Numbered from the stretch's first letter, positions 1 through 10,475 are shown. The stretch: 64,000 nt of DNA from Candidatus Thorarchaeota archaeon (GCA_048884785.1 JBHLQM010000005.1:25333-89332), one strand, 5' to 3'. Made by a program: numbers and translations. The notes: generated from the letters alone by a model not told the origin.

Positions 1-468
1 ATGTGCCATAAAAGCCGCAACAACTCCACCCAAGAAAGCACTCTCTTCTACGGCATAGATAGCTGATGCAACATTATCAAGTGCAACATCTGCTCCAATC
101 ATTCCGAACTTTTGGTTGGGAAAGCTAGTTGCAACCGTCTGCACAGCTGGAGCAAGATCGGCTCCAATAGCTAGAATAAGGTCGTATAAACCTGTAGTTG
201 CAAGTGATTCCATTATTGACCGAGCTTCAGGTACACTTGTTGGCAATTGAGGTGGAATATAGTACTGTACAGAAACGTCTCCGGCTAGTTGCTCCATGCC
301 TTCAAGGGCAGTATCGGCTTTGCTCATATCGCCGAAGCCTGGCTCCATGACTACCACGGCAATTCTTGAAGGTTCATATGGATTGGCGATTAAAATCATG
401 GCACCAACACTTCCGAAAACAATAGCAATAATTATGATAGATATTATCATGTGGGACCTTGAGCTCAA
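1..468 (-). CDS. BMP family (basic membrane protein) ABC transporter substrate-binding protein, 5' part only, runs off window start
   Basis: Not in the ORF track. Hand translation from TTG at 468 (GGAGG upstream): hydrophobic N-terminal anchor, then RIAVVVMEPGFGDMSKAD...NVASAIYAVEESAFLGGVVAA, resembling BMP/PnrA motifs. Confidence 0.75.
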   Translation of the reverse strand, partial: MSSRSHMIISIIIIAIVFGSVGAMILIANPYEPSRIAVVVMEPGFGDMSKADTALEGMEQLAGDVSVQYYIPPQLPTSVPEARSIMESLATTGLYDLILAIGADLAPAVQTVATSFPNQKFGMIGADVALDNVASAIYAVEESAFLGGVVAAFMAH

Positions 469-611
469 GATGCTTCCTCCAAGGTAATTGAGCCCTCCTC
501 GAAACGGGTGTGATTTAAACTTGTCGACCTTGGTATCCTATATGGAAAAGCAAAAACCATAGGTCTAATTAGGTGAGAGAGTGACGTATAAATAAGACGA
601 ATGTCATTGGA

Positions 612-1355
612 ATGATAGCTTCGAAGCAGGTTAGGACTATGCCAGGCAGTGTTTTAGCAGAAGTAGCAACCCTCCTAGAGGAGGCTCTAAAGCTCCATAA
701 AGCAATACGAGGTGTGGTTCTCTGCACAAAAGAGGGGGTAGTTGTTGCATCTGTTTCCAAGGATGATGAAATTAACCCAACACTACTATCTACAGTTTCT
801 GCGGCATTGGTATGGGCAGGAAATACAACTCTCAATTTGATAAGTGGATCTAGGCCTTCATATCTCATTCAAACAACACCAGTTATTAGAATTCTAACCT
901 TATTACAGCAGCACTTTCAAATCGTTGTCGTTCTTTCAAGAGCAGATGATTCTGAGCTTATTATTGAGGAGTTGCTTCCAACACTCCAATCATTAGGAAC
1001 TCGTATTGAAATATTGATGAGTTCGAGAAAAGGATTCGAAACAAGTACAATTCTTGGCCGTATTGTTGAAGCAATGCCTGATGTCACACAAGCAATGGTT
1101 TTAACAGCAGAAGGATTGCCCATCGGTTCTGTAGGGTTTCAGAATGACATTGAAATTGCTGCACTTGTTGGATCGATATTTGCCAATGGCATGACATTTT
1201 CTGACCTCACTGATACGATCTTCATCAGTTCGGAGGAAATTAATGTGGTAGTTCAGAAAATAGATGATCAGCGCCTCTTGGCGGTTGTATGTAAAGGAGA
1301 CAGTTCAGAGGGTATAAGTGAAAGAATTAAAGAAATCACTGAAATTGGAACCTAG
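612..1355 (+). CDS. Tandem Roadblock/LC7 domain protein
   Basis: Two ~110-aa units, each with a Roadblock pattern (IRGVVLCTKEGVVVAS; VTQAMVLTAEGLPIGS...IAALVGSI). Confidence 0.75.
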   Translation: MIASKQVRTMPGSVLAEVATLLEEALKLHKAIRGVVLCTKEGVVVASVSKDDEINPTLLSTVSAALVWAGNTTLNLISGSRPSYLIQTTPVIRILTLLQQHFQIVVVLSRADDSELIIEELLPTLQSLGTRIEILMSSRKGFETSTILGRIVEAMPDVTQAMVLTAEGLPIGSVGFQNDIEIAALVGSIFANGMTFSDLTDTIFISSEEINVVVQKIDDQRLLAVVCKGDSSEGISERIKEITEIGT

Positions 1356-1357
1356 TT

Positions 1358-2035
1358 TTACTCATCAAGCATATCGTCCTCTTCTTCAGTAAAATCAAAT
1401 TGCCACTCTCTTAGATTGATTCTGATATAGCAATCCTTTCCTTTTTCTGGACAATCTATACGAATGAGAACTTGTTCAGGAGATGATTCCTTAATCTGCG
1501 GATTTAGGCACCCATCTTCCAACTTCTCCATTAGAAACAAAACGTACGTTTCTGTAATCGTATTTAGAGAACCCTCCATTAGCGCATTTCCTAGATCAGC
1601 AAGATAATGTTTCTTCTTGCGACCCGCCCTCTCAACACGAATCAGGCCAACTTCTTCCATTCTGGATATATGCCATCTCACGGTATCGTGGTGGACGCCT
1701 AAACTCTCAGCCATTTGCTCTTGATAGCATCCGGGATTATTCACTACAAAGGCAAAGACTTTCCTAGCAGTTTCGCTCCGCATGGTCAAGAATGCCATCT
1801 CAGCTTCTCTTGATCTCAGCATTCTAGGATAGTACAGGCGCTTTCCTGCAAATTTGATTGATTTAACGAGCCCCTCTCGTTCAAGAATTCTCAGGTGCCA
1901 AGTGAGGGTGCCTAGTGGACTCTCAAGCAGATCCACGAGCTCGAGCAAGTATGTACCAGGATTCTCGCAGAGGATCTGATAAAGGTCTCTTCTAAACGGA
2001 TGCAGCAGCAATGTCAATCGTTTCTGCTTACCCAT
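1358..2035 (-). CDS. Double winged-HTH transcriptional regulator (ArsR-like, COG3398 type)
   Basis: Two repeats of NPG.Y...L...L.......WH...(L/M)E..GL(I/V). Start moved to ATG at 2035 (MGKQKR) because the longer ORF's N-terminus looks non-coding. Confidence 0.8.
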   Translation of the reverse strand: MGKQKRLTLLLHPFRRDLYQILCENPGTYLLELVDLLESPLGTLTWHLRILEREGLVKSIKFAGKRLYYPRMLRSREAEMAFLTMRSETARKVFAFVVNNPGCYQEQMAESLGVHHDTVRWHISRMEEVGLIRVERAGRKKKHYLADLGNALMEGSLNTITETYVLFLMEKLEDGCLNPQIKESSPEQVLIRIDCPEKGKDCYIRINLREWQFDFTEEEDDMLDE

Positions 2036-2197
2036 TTTGAAATCCTCTCTCTTCCTCATCAAATTATACAAAGCGGTGATAAAAGCACTACGGAAGAGCA
2101 CGAAACATAAGTCTTTTCTAACAATGTCTAGAGACAGAATTCTTATTACCATTGAATTGCGGCAAAAGCGTCAGAGGAAAACTGGTGAGGTGTTTTT

Positions 2198-4030
2198 GTG
2201 TGCGGCATTACCGGAATTGTCAGCGAATCGAGGAGTGACATTGGACGAATATTAGTCGAATGTAGTAGAAAGCTTACATATCGTGGATATGACTCAGTGG
2301 GAATTGCCGCAGTAAATGCAGGGCGAGTTGACTTGAGAAAGGATGTCGGGACGATAGATGTCGTAGATAGAGAACTTGGCCTTTCCATGATGGAGGGCGA
2401 TAGAGGAATTGCCCAGCTTCGTTGGGCAACTTATGGTGCACCGACACGCGTTAATGCGCAGCCGCACTTTGGATGTAAGCCGGTCTTTTATGGCGCACAC
2501 AATGGCAATCTTCACAATTACTATGAATACAGGCAGGAGCTAATCGAAACCGGTCACAATGTAAGATCTGAAAACGATGGTGAACTTTGTGTTCATGCAG
2601 TTGACAAGTACTACGAATCAACTGGAGATATGTTTGAGGCAGTGAGATTTTCAACAAAGGATCTCAAGGGTGCATTTGCTTATGCAGTTGGCCGGGCTGA
2701 TGAAGACAAGATATATGCCGTTAAGATGGGGTCTTCCCTCGTTGCTGGAGTAGCGGAGAGTGATACAATCGTATCGAGCGACCTCCCTTCGATTCTGCCA
2801 TTAACAAACAACGTGATTTACCTGCAAGATGGAGAGATGGCAGTACTTACGCCCGATGATGTAAGAGTCTATAGAGTTGAGGATGGCAAACATCTTCATC
2901 GCGTTCCTGAAATCACCGATGTAGATGCCAGAGCTGCCGAGAAGGGCGGCTATCCACATTTCATGTTGAAAGAGATTCACGAACAGCCGCAAATAGCCAA
3001 GGATGTTATTGGACTATTAAGCAAAGCCAAATCTGAGAAATGGCTGAAAATGATCGAAGATGCGTCCAAGAGATATCTTGTTGCCTGTGGCTCTTCCTAT
3101 AATGCAGGAATTCTAGGAACATACTACTTCAATCGACTTGCAGGTATCCCCTTAATACCAGCAATTGGTGGGCAGTTTGAGCCCATGTATGGACGAACTT
3201 TGGATGAAAACAGTCTGTGCATGCTGATCTCACAGAGTGGAGAAACAAAGGATATCCTTAATGTCCTGAATTTGGTGAGAAACAACAACTTAGGCAAAAC
3301 TCTGGGAATACTGAATGTTATTGGCAGCACATTGATGTTCAATGCTGATTCATACATTCCAATGGCTTGTGGATATGAGGTCAGTGTTCCTGCAACAAAG
3401 ACCTATTTCTCACAAACAATAATTTTCGCATATCTTGCAGCGAAATTGGGAGAGAGGAGCGGGCATCTTGATGAGAGTGAAGCCAAAGGCTTCATTACTC
3501 AACTGCATAATGACCTCCCTTTGCTGATTGACCAGACAATAGGTCGAACAGGGATCCTGGCGAAAGATCTCGCCAAATCTCTTGTAAATGTTCCCGATCT
3601 CTATTGCCTAGGCTATGGGCTAACTGATGGTGTTGCACGTGAAGGCGCCCTTAAAATAAAGGAAATTTGCTACAATCACTGCGAAGGGATGTATAGCTCA
3701 GAGTTCAAACATGGCCCTCTTAGCATTGTAACTAATGGGTACCCTGTTGTTTTCGTAACAACCACGGAAGACTCCTGGATGATTATTAATCATATTAACG
3801 AAGTGATTTGCAGAGGAGGAAGAACAATAATTGTTGGTGAGCATGAGGAGAAGCTTGAGCCCTATGTACAAACCCCCACTGATTACATGGTTGTGCCAAA
3901 ATCCAATCCGCTGCTGAATGCGATGCTAGATGTTATTCCATTGCAGCTACTAAGCTATTATCTTTCCATTAGTAAGGGAATTGATCCGGATTTGCCCCGG
4001 AATCTATCAAAAACACTAACTGTCGACTAG
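2198..4030 (+). CDS. glmS: Glutamine--fructose-6-phosphate aminotransferase (isomerizing)
   Basis: N-terminal CGI, YRGYDS, RWAT, HNG, SQSGET, EFKHGP, PRNLSKTLTVD; 610 aa. Confidence 0.97.
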   Translation: MCGITGIVSESRSDIGRILVECSRKLTYRGYDSVGIAAVNAGRVDLRKDVGTIDVVDRELGLSMMEGDRGIAQLRWATYGAPTRVNAQPHFGCKPVFYGAHNGNLHNYYEYRQELIETGHNVRSENDGELCVHAVDKYYESTGDMFEAVRFSTKDLKGAFAYAVGRADEDKIYAVKMGSSLVAGVAESDTIVSSDLPSILPLTNNVIYLQDGEMAVLTPDDVRVYRVEDGKHLHRVPEITDVDARAAEKGGYPHFMLKEIHEQPQIAKDVIGLLSKAKSEKWLKMIEDASKRYLVACGSSYNAGILGTYYFNRLAGIPLIPAIGGQFEPMYGRTLDENSLCMLISQSGETKDILNVLNLVRNNNLGKTLGILNVIGSTLMFNADSYIPMACGYEVSVPATKTYFSQTIIFAYLAAKLGERSGHLDESEAKGFITQLHNDLPLLIDQTIGRTGILAKDLAKSLVNVPDLYCLGYGLTDGVAREGALKIKEICYNHCEGMYSSEFKHGPLSIVTNGYPVVFVTTTEDSWMIINHINEVICRGGRTIIVGEHEEKLEPYVQTPTDYMVVPKSNPLLNAMLDVIPLQLLSYYLSISKGIDPDLPRNLSKTLTVD

Positions 4031-4033
4031 ATT

Positions 4034-4441
4034 CTATTCAAGTTCTCCACCAGATTCACCAATGCGAATTGCCCTCATGGCTGGATCTGTGACACTCTGA
4101 GCATCATATCCGGATCTAATATCCGTTATTTCCTCATCAGCAACTTCAAACAACCCTAGGAGAATGTTACTTTCATGTAGAGCCCACTGACCATAGATAT
4201 TTGGACGACGAGGTAGCTCGCATTCAAGTAGACCTATGGATCCAGCACCAGACCACCAGCTAATACAAGCTTCTGAATGACCTAATTCGGCAAGCAACTC
4301 AGCCCACTGGCGTTTCAGCTCTGTAGGACCATGCTTTTGTCTAAAAGTAATCAAAACATTTGTTTTGGTCTTTTTTACAAAATCCTTGATGCGTGCAGTT
4401 TCATGTTCAGAGAAAAGAGTCATCGGTTTCAGCAATGGCAT
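4034..4441 (-). CDS. Hypothetical protein
   Basis: 135-aa ORF fills the gap between glmS and the RimK-like gene; no motif recognised. Confidence 0.6.
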   Translation of the reverse strand: MPLLKPMTLFSEHETARIKDFVKKTKTNVLITFRQKHGPTELKRQWAELLAELGHSEACISWWSGAGSIGLLECELPRRPNIYGQWALHESNILLGLFEVADEEITDIRSGYDAQSVTDPAMRAIRIGESGGELE

Positions 4442-4512
4442 TTCTCAGATTCCCATAAAAGGACCTCGTTATGGATAAAAGGTAATCAGATTCTTCTATT
4501 GAATCGATTCTA

Positions 4513-5409
4513 ATGAAACGAGCATCGAGTATAGGCCTGTTCTCATCTGATCCCTGGTCAGCACGAGTTGCAAAGCTCGGACAGGCATTTCGAAAATTCG
4601 AGGTTGATGTCATAAATGTACTTCCATGGAAAGTTGCTCGGGAGGGATCTAGTAAACATCATGTAATCTCCATGGATGGCAAAGACCTTAGTAGACTTGA
4701 TAGACTGATTGTATTAGACCTTGGTGCAAACGATATTGGCGCCTTTTTCAATAGGGTGGGTCTACTATCAGCACTTGCTGAGATGGATGTTGAGATAATT
4801 AATCCAGTCAACTCGATTTTGGTGATGAGGAACAAGGCTGAAACCATGCGAAAGCTGGCTTCAGCCAAAGTTGAGGTTCCAAAAACGCTAATCACTGAAT
4901 CCATTGACGATGCGGCTAACTTTATTCGACAGAATTTCCCATGCATTCTAAAGCCTATTACAGGATTTGGTGGAGAAGGAGTTCAGCTCATAGACAAGCA
5001 ATTTGACATTGATAATGTATATGACTATCTGAAGTTCCATAGTCAAATGTTTGGCAAGGGTGCATATCTCCTTCAGGAATATATCAGGAATCCGGGCTAT
5101 GATATTAGAGCTCTAGTTTTGGAGAGCCAAGTCATTGCCACAATGCAACGAGTTGGTACTCATGGTGTTGTGACCAACCTTCATTCAGGAGGCTTCCCGC
5201 GCAAGAATGATATTGACGTCAATGAGGTCGCATTGAGAGCTGCGGCATCAGTTCGTGGAAGACTAGTGGGTGTTGATTTGATTCCCGATCTTGAAGGTGT
5301 AATATGGGTTCTTGAAGTAAATGCCACTCCAGGATGGACAGGGATACAGAAAGTCACAGATTTTGATATCTCTGAGAGAATCGCTGACGTACTCTCCAGG
5401 AATCGCTGA
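4513..5409 (+). CDS. RimK family ATP-grasp alpha-L-glutamate ligase (RimK/MptN/CofF-like)
   Basis: NKAET, VPKT, ILKPITGFGGEGV, QEYI, DIRALV, TNLHSGG, GVDL, LEVNATPGW. Confidence 0.9.
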   Translation: MKRASSIGLFSSDPWSARVAKLGQAFRKFEVDVINVLPWKVAREGSSKHHVISMDGKDLSRLDRLIVLDLGANDIGAFFNRVGLLSALAEMDVEIINPVNSILVMRNKAETMRKLASAKVEVPKTLITESIDDAANFIRQNFPCILKPITGFGGEGVQLIDKQFDIDNVYDYLKFHSQMFGKGAYLLQEYIRNPGYDIRALVLESQVIATMQRVGTHGVVTNLHSGGFPRKNDIDVNEVALRAAASVRGRLVGVDLIPDLEGVIWVLEVNATPGWTGIQKVTDFDISERIADVLSRNR

Positions 5410-5558
5410 TTTCATGTTGACGAATAAGAATACTTTTAAGACGATTGCGGGCGGAAACAAACTGTATCAACGAGTTGAACTACTTAATGATACAAAATGC
5501 AGATGGAATCCGTCCTGCTCAGCAGGGCTCGTAAAACGAAATTCTGAGGTTTCAGATT

Positions 5559-6533
5559 TTGACAGAAGCGACTGAGACGAGTATAGAGAATATAGAGTTC
5601 CTTAGAGCCAAGCTCCGAGAACTCAAAACCCAGGCAAGAGAAGATTTAGAGGTTCTGAGAAGAAACCGTGACCAGATGAGAGAGTACAAACGAATTAGAG
5701 ACGAACATAACAAAGAAGTTCGAGGACTAATCGAATCGGTTAAGGCAGAACGAGAAGAACGTGATCGGATAAACAAGGAGATCACTGAGGCAAAAGATAG
5801 AAGGTCCGCTCTCCACGCTCAATTAAAGAGTGTGTATGATGAAATTCGTGAGTTAAGAGGACGATTGGTGGGAAGTCCATCAAACGATCAGCGGAGAATG
5901 ATGCGACGGGTTGAGGAGCTTGAATGGCGTCAGCAGACTGAGCAGTTGACTGTTGAAGAAGAGAGAAATCTTGTCGAAGAGATTGCCAAGATTGAAGCAA
6001 AGCTTGTCAAAATAGGACAGGAGAAAGAAAAGCAAGACAGGATAATGGAACTCCGAAGACTCGCACGAAATCTAAAGATGGAAGCAGGAGACGCACATCA
6101 GAAAGTAATTGTCCTTTCAGAGCAGTCTCAAGTTCATCATCAGGAAGTTGTTAGAATCAGACCTCAGTTAGAGGAATACAAGAAGAGCGCAGATACGGCT
6201 CATCAAAACTTCGTCGAGTGGCTGAAGAAGGTTAAGGATGGAGAAACAGTACTAAAGACTATCAGAACTCAGATTGATGAGATTCAGGGCAAGATTAGGA
6301 AGCATGTTTCCACTTCCAAAGAGTCCGAACGTTCCGAGAAGCGTACAAAGCAAAAGGTGCATGAACAAGAAAAAATCGATGATGCTGTTGATAAGCTCAA
6401 AGCTGGAAAGAGGCTAACTTTTGACGAATTCATCCTGGCTCGAAGAGCCGATGATGATAAAGGTCGGAAGACTTCAAAGGAAAGCACGGCTTCACAGGAT
6501 GAAGAATCTGAAGAAGCTCAGACCGATGAGTGA
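5559..6533 (+). CDS. Conserved archaeal long coiled-coil protein (COG1340-like)
   Basis: E/K/R-rich heptads, LEWRQQTEQLTVEEE motif, C-terminal GKRLTFDEF motif. Confidence 0.8.
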   Translation: MTEATETSIENIEFLRAKLRELKTQAREDLEVLRRNRDQMREYKRIRDEHNKEVRGLIESVKAEREERDRINKEITEAKDRRSALHAQLKSVYDEIRELRGRLVGSPSNDQRRMMRRVEELEWRQQTEQLTVEEERNLVEEIAKIEAKLVKIGQEKEKQDRIMELRRLARNLKMEAGDAHQKVIVLSEQSQVHHQEVVRIRPQLEEYKKSADTAHQNFVEWLKKVKDGETVLKTIRTQIDEIQGKIRKHVSTSKESERSEKRTKQKVHEQEKIDDAVDKLKAGKRLTFDEFILARRADDDKGRKTSKESTASQDEESEEAQTDE

Positions 6534-6589
6534 TTTCTATGATGGAGGGGTAGAACACCCTCCTAATCATATCTTTGTGAGGGGGAAGA

Positions 6590-7849
6590 ATGAGCAGCAG
6601 GAATCAACGACCGGTAAGTAAGCGTGCAGCCGCAACCGTCTTCTATATGTTGGCAATAGGTTCAGGCGTACTGAGATCATTTTCGGTTGGCTTCGATATT
6701 GTAGCACTTAACACTGTATTGAGTGATCCCATAGTTTATGGATTCATGTCACAGTGGGTTAGTTTCATTTGTACATTTGCGGCAGTTGCGATACTCAGTA
6801 TTAGAGTGAGAATGGATGGGAAGCGTCAGCCGCTAGGTTTTTCGCTGGACCCAGACTTTGGTAGAATTGGACTGCTTCCAAAAAAGCCTATGACTTACAT
6901 TGTACTGTCAGGGATTTTTGCGGGGATCTCCACTTTCTCGTACTACTTCATTGTAGGTCAAATGGATGCATCAACTGTTTTGCCCTATGGGCAACTGGTC
7001 ATCATCTATTTGCTGATGGGCGATTTGTGGGCTGAAAAGGACACCCCAACAATAGTCGAACTTCAATGCATCATCTCAATTCTGATTGGTGTCTTGCTGG
7101 TTGGTGTCCAGCCTGGCGGTTTTGATGTCATCACTTTGCTGATAGTTTTGGTACCAATGAACATTTCATCAGCATTCATGACATTCTACCAGAGGAAAAC
7201 CAAGAGATATGAAATACGACCAGGCTTGCGGGTTGATTCTCTAAACATGCGCCTATGGACCCTCTTTGTTTTGAATTCTGTCATGAGCCTTCTAATGATT
7301 CCTCTTCTACCACTAAATTTCGTAGATATCATGTATCAGCATTTTAGCCCACTTCTTCTTCTAATGGTAGGGTCCTCTCTAACTGCATTTTTTGGACTGG
7401 TAATGTATATCCGGGCTCTTGGACGAGGATCAATGGCAATCGTAAACTCCCTGGCGTCAGTATCCGTGATTCTAGGGATACCAATGACCCTGATAGGGAA
7501 TATGCTGATTCCTGGGGCATTTGGCACGATTTCTGGAGATGCATTTTTTGCCGTTCTGAAAGTCTTTGGAGTATTACTTGTCCTTGTTGGGGTGGTATCA
7601 CTTCAGGGAACCGAGGTGAGGTCTATTGTTATTATAAAGGTCAAACCTCTTACAGGAGATATACTACCCGAATTATTTGAAATCAAAGGAGTCGAAACTG
7701 CTTCAGGACTTGCCGGTGGATATGATTATCTCCTTACAATAAGAAGTAGAAGCCTCGGCAAAACTAGCACTAACATATTGAAGAAGATTCACGCTATTCC
7801 TGAAATATACTCGGTTGAAACAATGGTCGCATTGAGAGAATATAGGTAA
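6590..7849 (+). CDS. DMT/EamA-like transporter with C-terminal Lrp/AsnC ligand-binding (RAM) domain
   Basis: About 10 hydrophobic segments in two repeats; the last ~77 aa (IKGVETASGLAGGYDYLLTI...IHAIPEIYSVETMV) match the RAM pattern. Confidence 0.8.
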   Translation: MSSRNQRPVSKRAAATVFYMLAIGSGVLRSFSVGFDIVALNTVLSDPIVYGFMSQWVSFICTFAAVAILSIRVRMDGKRQPLGFSLDPDFGRIGLLPKKPMTYIVLSGIFAGISTFSYYFIVGQMDASTVLPYGQLVIIYLLMGDLWAEKDTPTIVELQCIISILIGVLLVGVQPGGFDVITLLIVLVPMNISSAFMTFYQRKTKRYEIRPGLRVDSLNMRLWTLFVLNSVMSLLMIPLLPLNFVDIMYQHFSPLLLLMVGSSLTAFFGLVMYIRALGRGSMAIVNSLASVSVILGIPMTLIGNMLIPGAFGTISGDAFFAVLKVFGVLLVLVGVVSLQGTEVRSIVIIKVKPLTGDILPELFEIKGVETASGLAGGYDYLLTIRSRSLGKTSTNILKKIHAIPEIYSVETMVALREYR

Positions 7850-7864
7850 GGTGAGGAAAAAACT

Positions 7865-8116
7865 ATGTCAAACAAAGTTATGGCGTATATCCTAATGAGG
7901 GTTGAACTAGGTTGGACTGACAAGGTCATTGAGGGACTTCGCAGTATTGATGAAGCTACAAAGGTGTCAGTCACTACAGGTGAGTATGACATTGTTGTGC
8001 TTGTCGAAGTGGAAGACCTCGAAACTCTCTACGAGATAACAGTTAATCGAGTTCATAAGATACCAGGCATTGCTGAAACCACAACTGCGGTAATTGAGAA
8101 GATGATAACTTCATAG
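7865..8116 (+). CDS. Stand-alone Lrp/AsnC ligand-binding (RAM) domain protein
   Basis: AYILMRVE...TTGEYDIVV...IPGIAETTTAV; no HTH; SD-like GGTGAGG upstream. Confidence 0.9.
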   Translation: MSNKVMAYILMRVELGWTDKVIEGLRSIDEATKVSVTTGEYDIVVLVEVEDLETLYEITVNRVHKIPGIAETTTAVIEKMITS

Positions 8117-8208
8117 CTGTTAGTATTTTGGTGCAGAAACAGCGGTCTTTTTAATCGCGTTGCTTCTATACTGCATGTGGGCTTCAAAAAAAGCTCAAAT
8201 TCATTGCT

Positions 8209-9165
8209 TTGAAGGTGCCAATAGTGGATGTATTATTATCACACTTAACAAAGAATTTCGGTGAGCTAATAGCTGTCAATGATGTAGACCTAGAAGTGCC
8301 TGCCGGAACCGTATTTGGTCTTCTTGGACCGAATGGAGCAGGGAAGAGTACTACAACAAGACTTCTCAGTACCCTCTTGAAGCCTACCAGTGGTACTGCC
8401 CAGATTGCAGGCTACGATATCATTGAAGAACCAGTGAAGGTAAGAGAAGTAACTGGAGTTCTTCCAGAGGAATCCAATCATACACTATATGAATTGATGT
8501 CTGCGTATGAAAATCTAGAGTATTTCGCTCGCCTTTATGGCGTTCCGAAAGAGGAAATTGAACCGAGAATCAAAGAGTTACTGGGGTTCATGGACCTGTG
8601 GGATCGGAAGGATGACCTTGCTGGTGAGTTGAGTAGCGGGAATCGCCAACGTCTTGCATTATGTAGAGCTCTTCTTCATAAGCCAACAGTTTTGTTGCTC
8701 GACGAACCCACAAGTACTCTTGACCCAATCGCAGCGAAGAAAGTCCGGGAACTCATTCTTGGACTCTCTGAGAAATTCGGACAGACATTCTTCATTAATT
8801 CCCATAACCTTGCGGAAGTTCAACGGATCTGTAATCGCATTGCCATAATTGATGAGGGCAAAATACTCCTAACTGGAAAAACAGAGGAATTGCGATTAAA
8901 ACTGAGAGCTCAGCAGCGATTCAGACTCCTGATTCATGGAGATATTTCTACAGCTGAAAGCATAGTAAGGAATCTTGATTTTGTAAAAGATGTGAAATCG
9001 GAAATTGATACTCTAGAATGTGAAATTGAGAATCCGATTGATAACAATTCCAAGCTTTTGAGAACACTGCTCGATAAGGGCGTCAACATTATTGAGCTTG
9101 CAGAAGAGGAAGCATCGTTGGAAGACCTCTATCTTGAAGTAATTAAGGGAGGTGGCAAGAAATGA
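8209..9165 (+). CDS. ABC-2 type exporter ATP-binding protein
   Basis: GPNGAGKS, LSSGNRQR, LLLDEPT, SH, SLEDLYL. Confidence 0.95.
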   Translation: MKVPIVDVLLSHLTKNFGELIAVNDVDLEVPAGTVFGLLGPNGAGKSTTTRLLSTLLKPTSGTAQIAGYDIIEEPVKVREVTGVLPEESNHTLYELMSAYENLEYFARLYGVPKEEIEPRIKELLGFMDLWDRKDDLAGELSSGNRQRLALCRALLHKPTVLLLDEPTSTLDPIAAKKVRELILGLSEKFGQTFFINSHNLAEVQRICNRIAIIDEGKILLTGKTEELRLKLRAQQRFRLLIHGDISTAESIVRNLDFVKDVKSEIDTLECEIENPIDNNSKLLRTLLDKGVNIIELAEEEASLEDLYLEVIKGGGKK

Positions 9166-9914
9166 GCAAGGCAATGGTTGTGGCAATCACAGATTTCAGG
9201 AACGCGATTAAACTTCGATTTGTAAAATGGGGTCTCATTCTTGCAGCGGCATTTGGACCCATAATGAATATTTTCTTGGTCTTGGCTTTGGTTTTGGCTT
9301 TGCCGCCAAGTGAATTCAATATGATAGTTGGGTTCATAGGTCCAACTGTAGCAGCTATGCTGGCAATCTTTGCGATTATTCCCACAACAATGATTTCAGC
9401 AAATTCCCTTGTAGGTGAAAAAGAACAGAATACCCTTGAACCACTTCTATGTACTCCACTAACAGACATGGAAATCCTATGGGGCAAGACAATGGCATCT
9501 GCAATTCCAAGTCTCATCATTCTCGTTAGCAGTACTGCGGCAACAATAATAGTGACCAATGTTATTCTTCTTGCATTAGGCTATCCAATGTTGCTGATTC
9601 CTGATCTTGCGGGATTGTATCTCTTGAGTACAGCAACTCCTGTGATGATATTCGCTGTCATTGCTGTGATGATTATAATAAGCGGGAAGGTTAAACGAGT
9701 ATATGAAGCCTACCAGGTAAGTAGTGCAGTGGTACTTGTATTCATCATCCCAATGATTGGACCAATGATAGGCATGGGATCCGGAGGTGTTGCTGCGAGT
9801 CAAGTTTGGTTGATGAACCTCATTACAGTAATAATTGCAATCGCCTTATTCGCAGTAGCATGGGCAATTGCATTGAAAAGATTCGATAGAGACAGACTAG
9901 TATCCATGGTTTGA
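9162..9914 (+). CDS. ABC-2 type exporter permease
   Basis: Six TM segments, GEKEQNTLEPLLCTPL motif, ATGA overlap with the ATPase gene. Confidence 0.92.
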   Translation: MSKAMVVAITDFRNAIKLRFVKWGLILAAAFGPIMNIFLVLALVLALPPSEFNMIVGFIGPTVAAMLAIFAIIPTTMISANSLVGEKEQNTLEPLLCTPLTDMEILWGKTMASAIPSLIILVSSTAATIIVTNVILLALGYPMLLIPDLAGLYLLSTATPVMIFAVIAVMIIISGKVKRVYEAYQVSSAVVLVFIIPMIGPMIGMGSGGVAASQVWLMNLITVIIAIALFAVAWAIALKRFDRDRLVSMV

Positions 9915-9916
9915 AA

Positions 9917-9947
9917 GTGAATTGGGGGCATGTACCCCTATATTCAC
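9917..9947. terminator. Imperfect hairpin between convergent genes
   Basis: GTGAATTGGGGG...CCCCTATATTCAC lies in the 36-bp gap between two convergent stop codons. Confidence 0.4.
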
Positions 9948-9950
9948 CAT

Positions 9951-10475
9951 TTAATAGAGCCTCTTTAGACCAATAGGATATCTTTTTGCTAGACTTCTAT
10001 AGATTCTCTTAAACTCACTCAGTTCTTCTTTGTGATGAGTTTGAGTATCTCCAATAATCTTAGCGGGAACACCAACCACGATAGTCGCATCTGGGACTTC
10101 AAACCTTGCTCTGACAACAGCACCTTCTCCCACGATGGCCCATCTACCTATTGATGCATAATCAGATACAATGGCACCCATGCCTACAACCGCTTCGTCA
10201 AGTATTGTTGCATTGTGAATGATGCAGCCGTGTCCCAAAGTAACATTTCTCCCAATTTCTGTAGATTCATTTGGTCGTGCATGGACGATTACATTATCTT
10301 GAATGCTGGTTCCATCTCCAACTGTTATTTTCCCATAGTCACCTTTTACGACCGCGCCTGGGGCAATATAACATTCCTCTCCTACTGTTACGTCCCCAAT
10401 AACAGATGCCGTTTCGCTGACATATGTAGTCGCACCAATTCTAGGAATTCTTCCTTCAAACTCATAGACACCCAT
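9951..10475 (-). CDS. Gamma carbonic anhydrase family protein (hexapeptide repeat)
   Basis: Left-handed beta-helix repeats, IQDNVIVH, GHGCIIH, GVPAK. Confidence 0.92.
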   Translation of the reverse strand: MGVYEFEGRIPRIGATTYVSETASVIGDVTVGEECYIAPGAVVKGDYGKITVGDGTSIQDNVIVHARPNESTEIGRNVTLGHGCIIHNATILDEAVVGMGAIVSDYASIGRWAIVGEGAVVRARFEVPDATIVVGVPAKIIGDTQTHHKEELSEFKRIYRSLAKRYPIGLKRLY

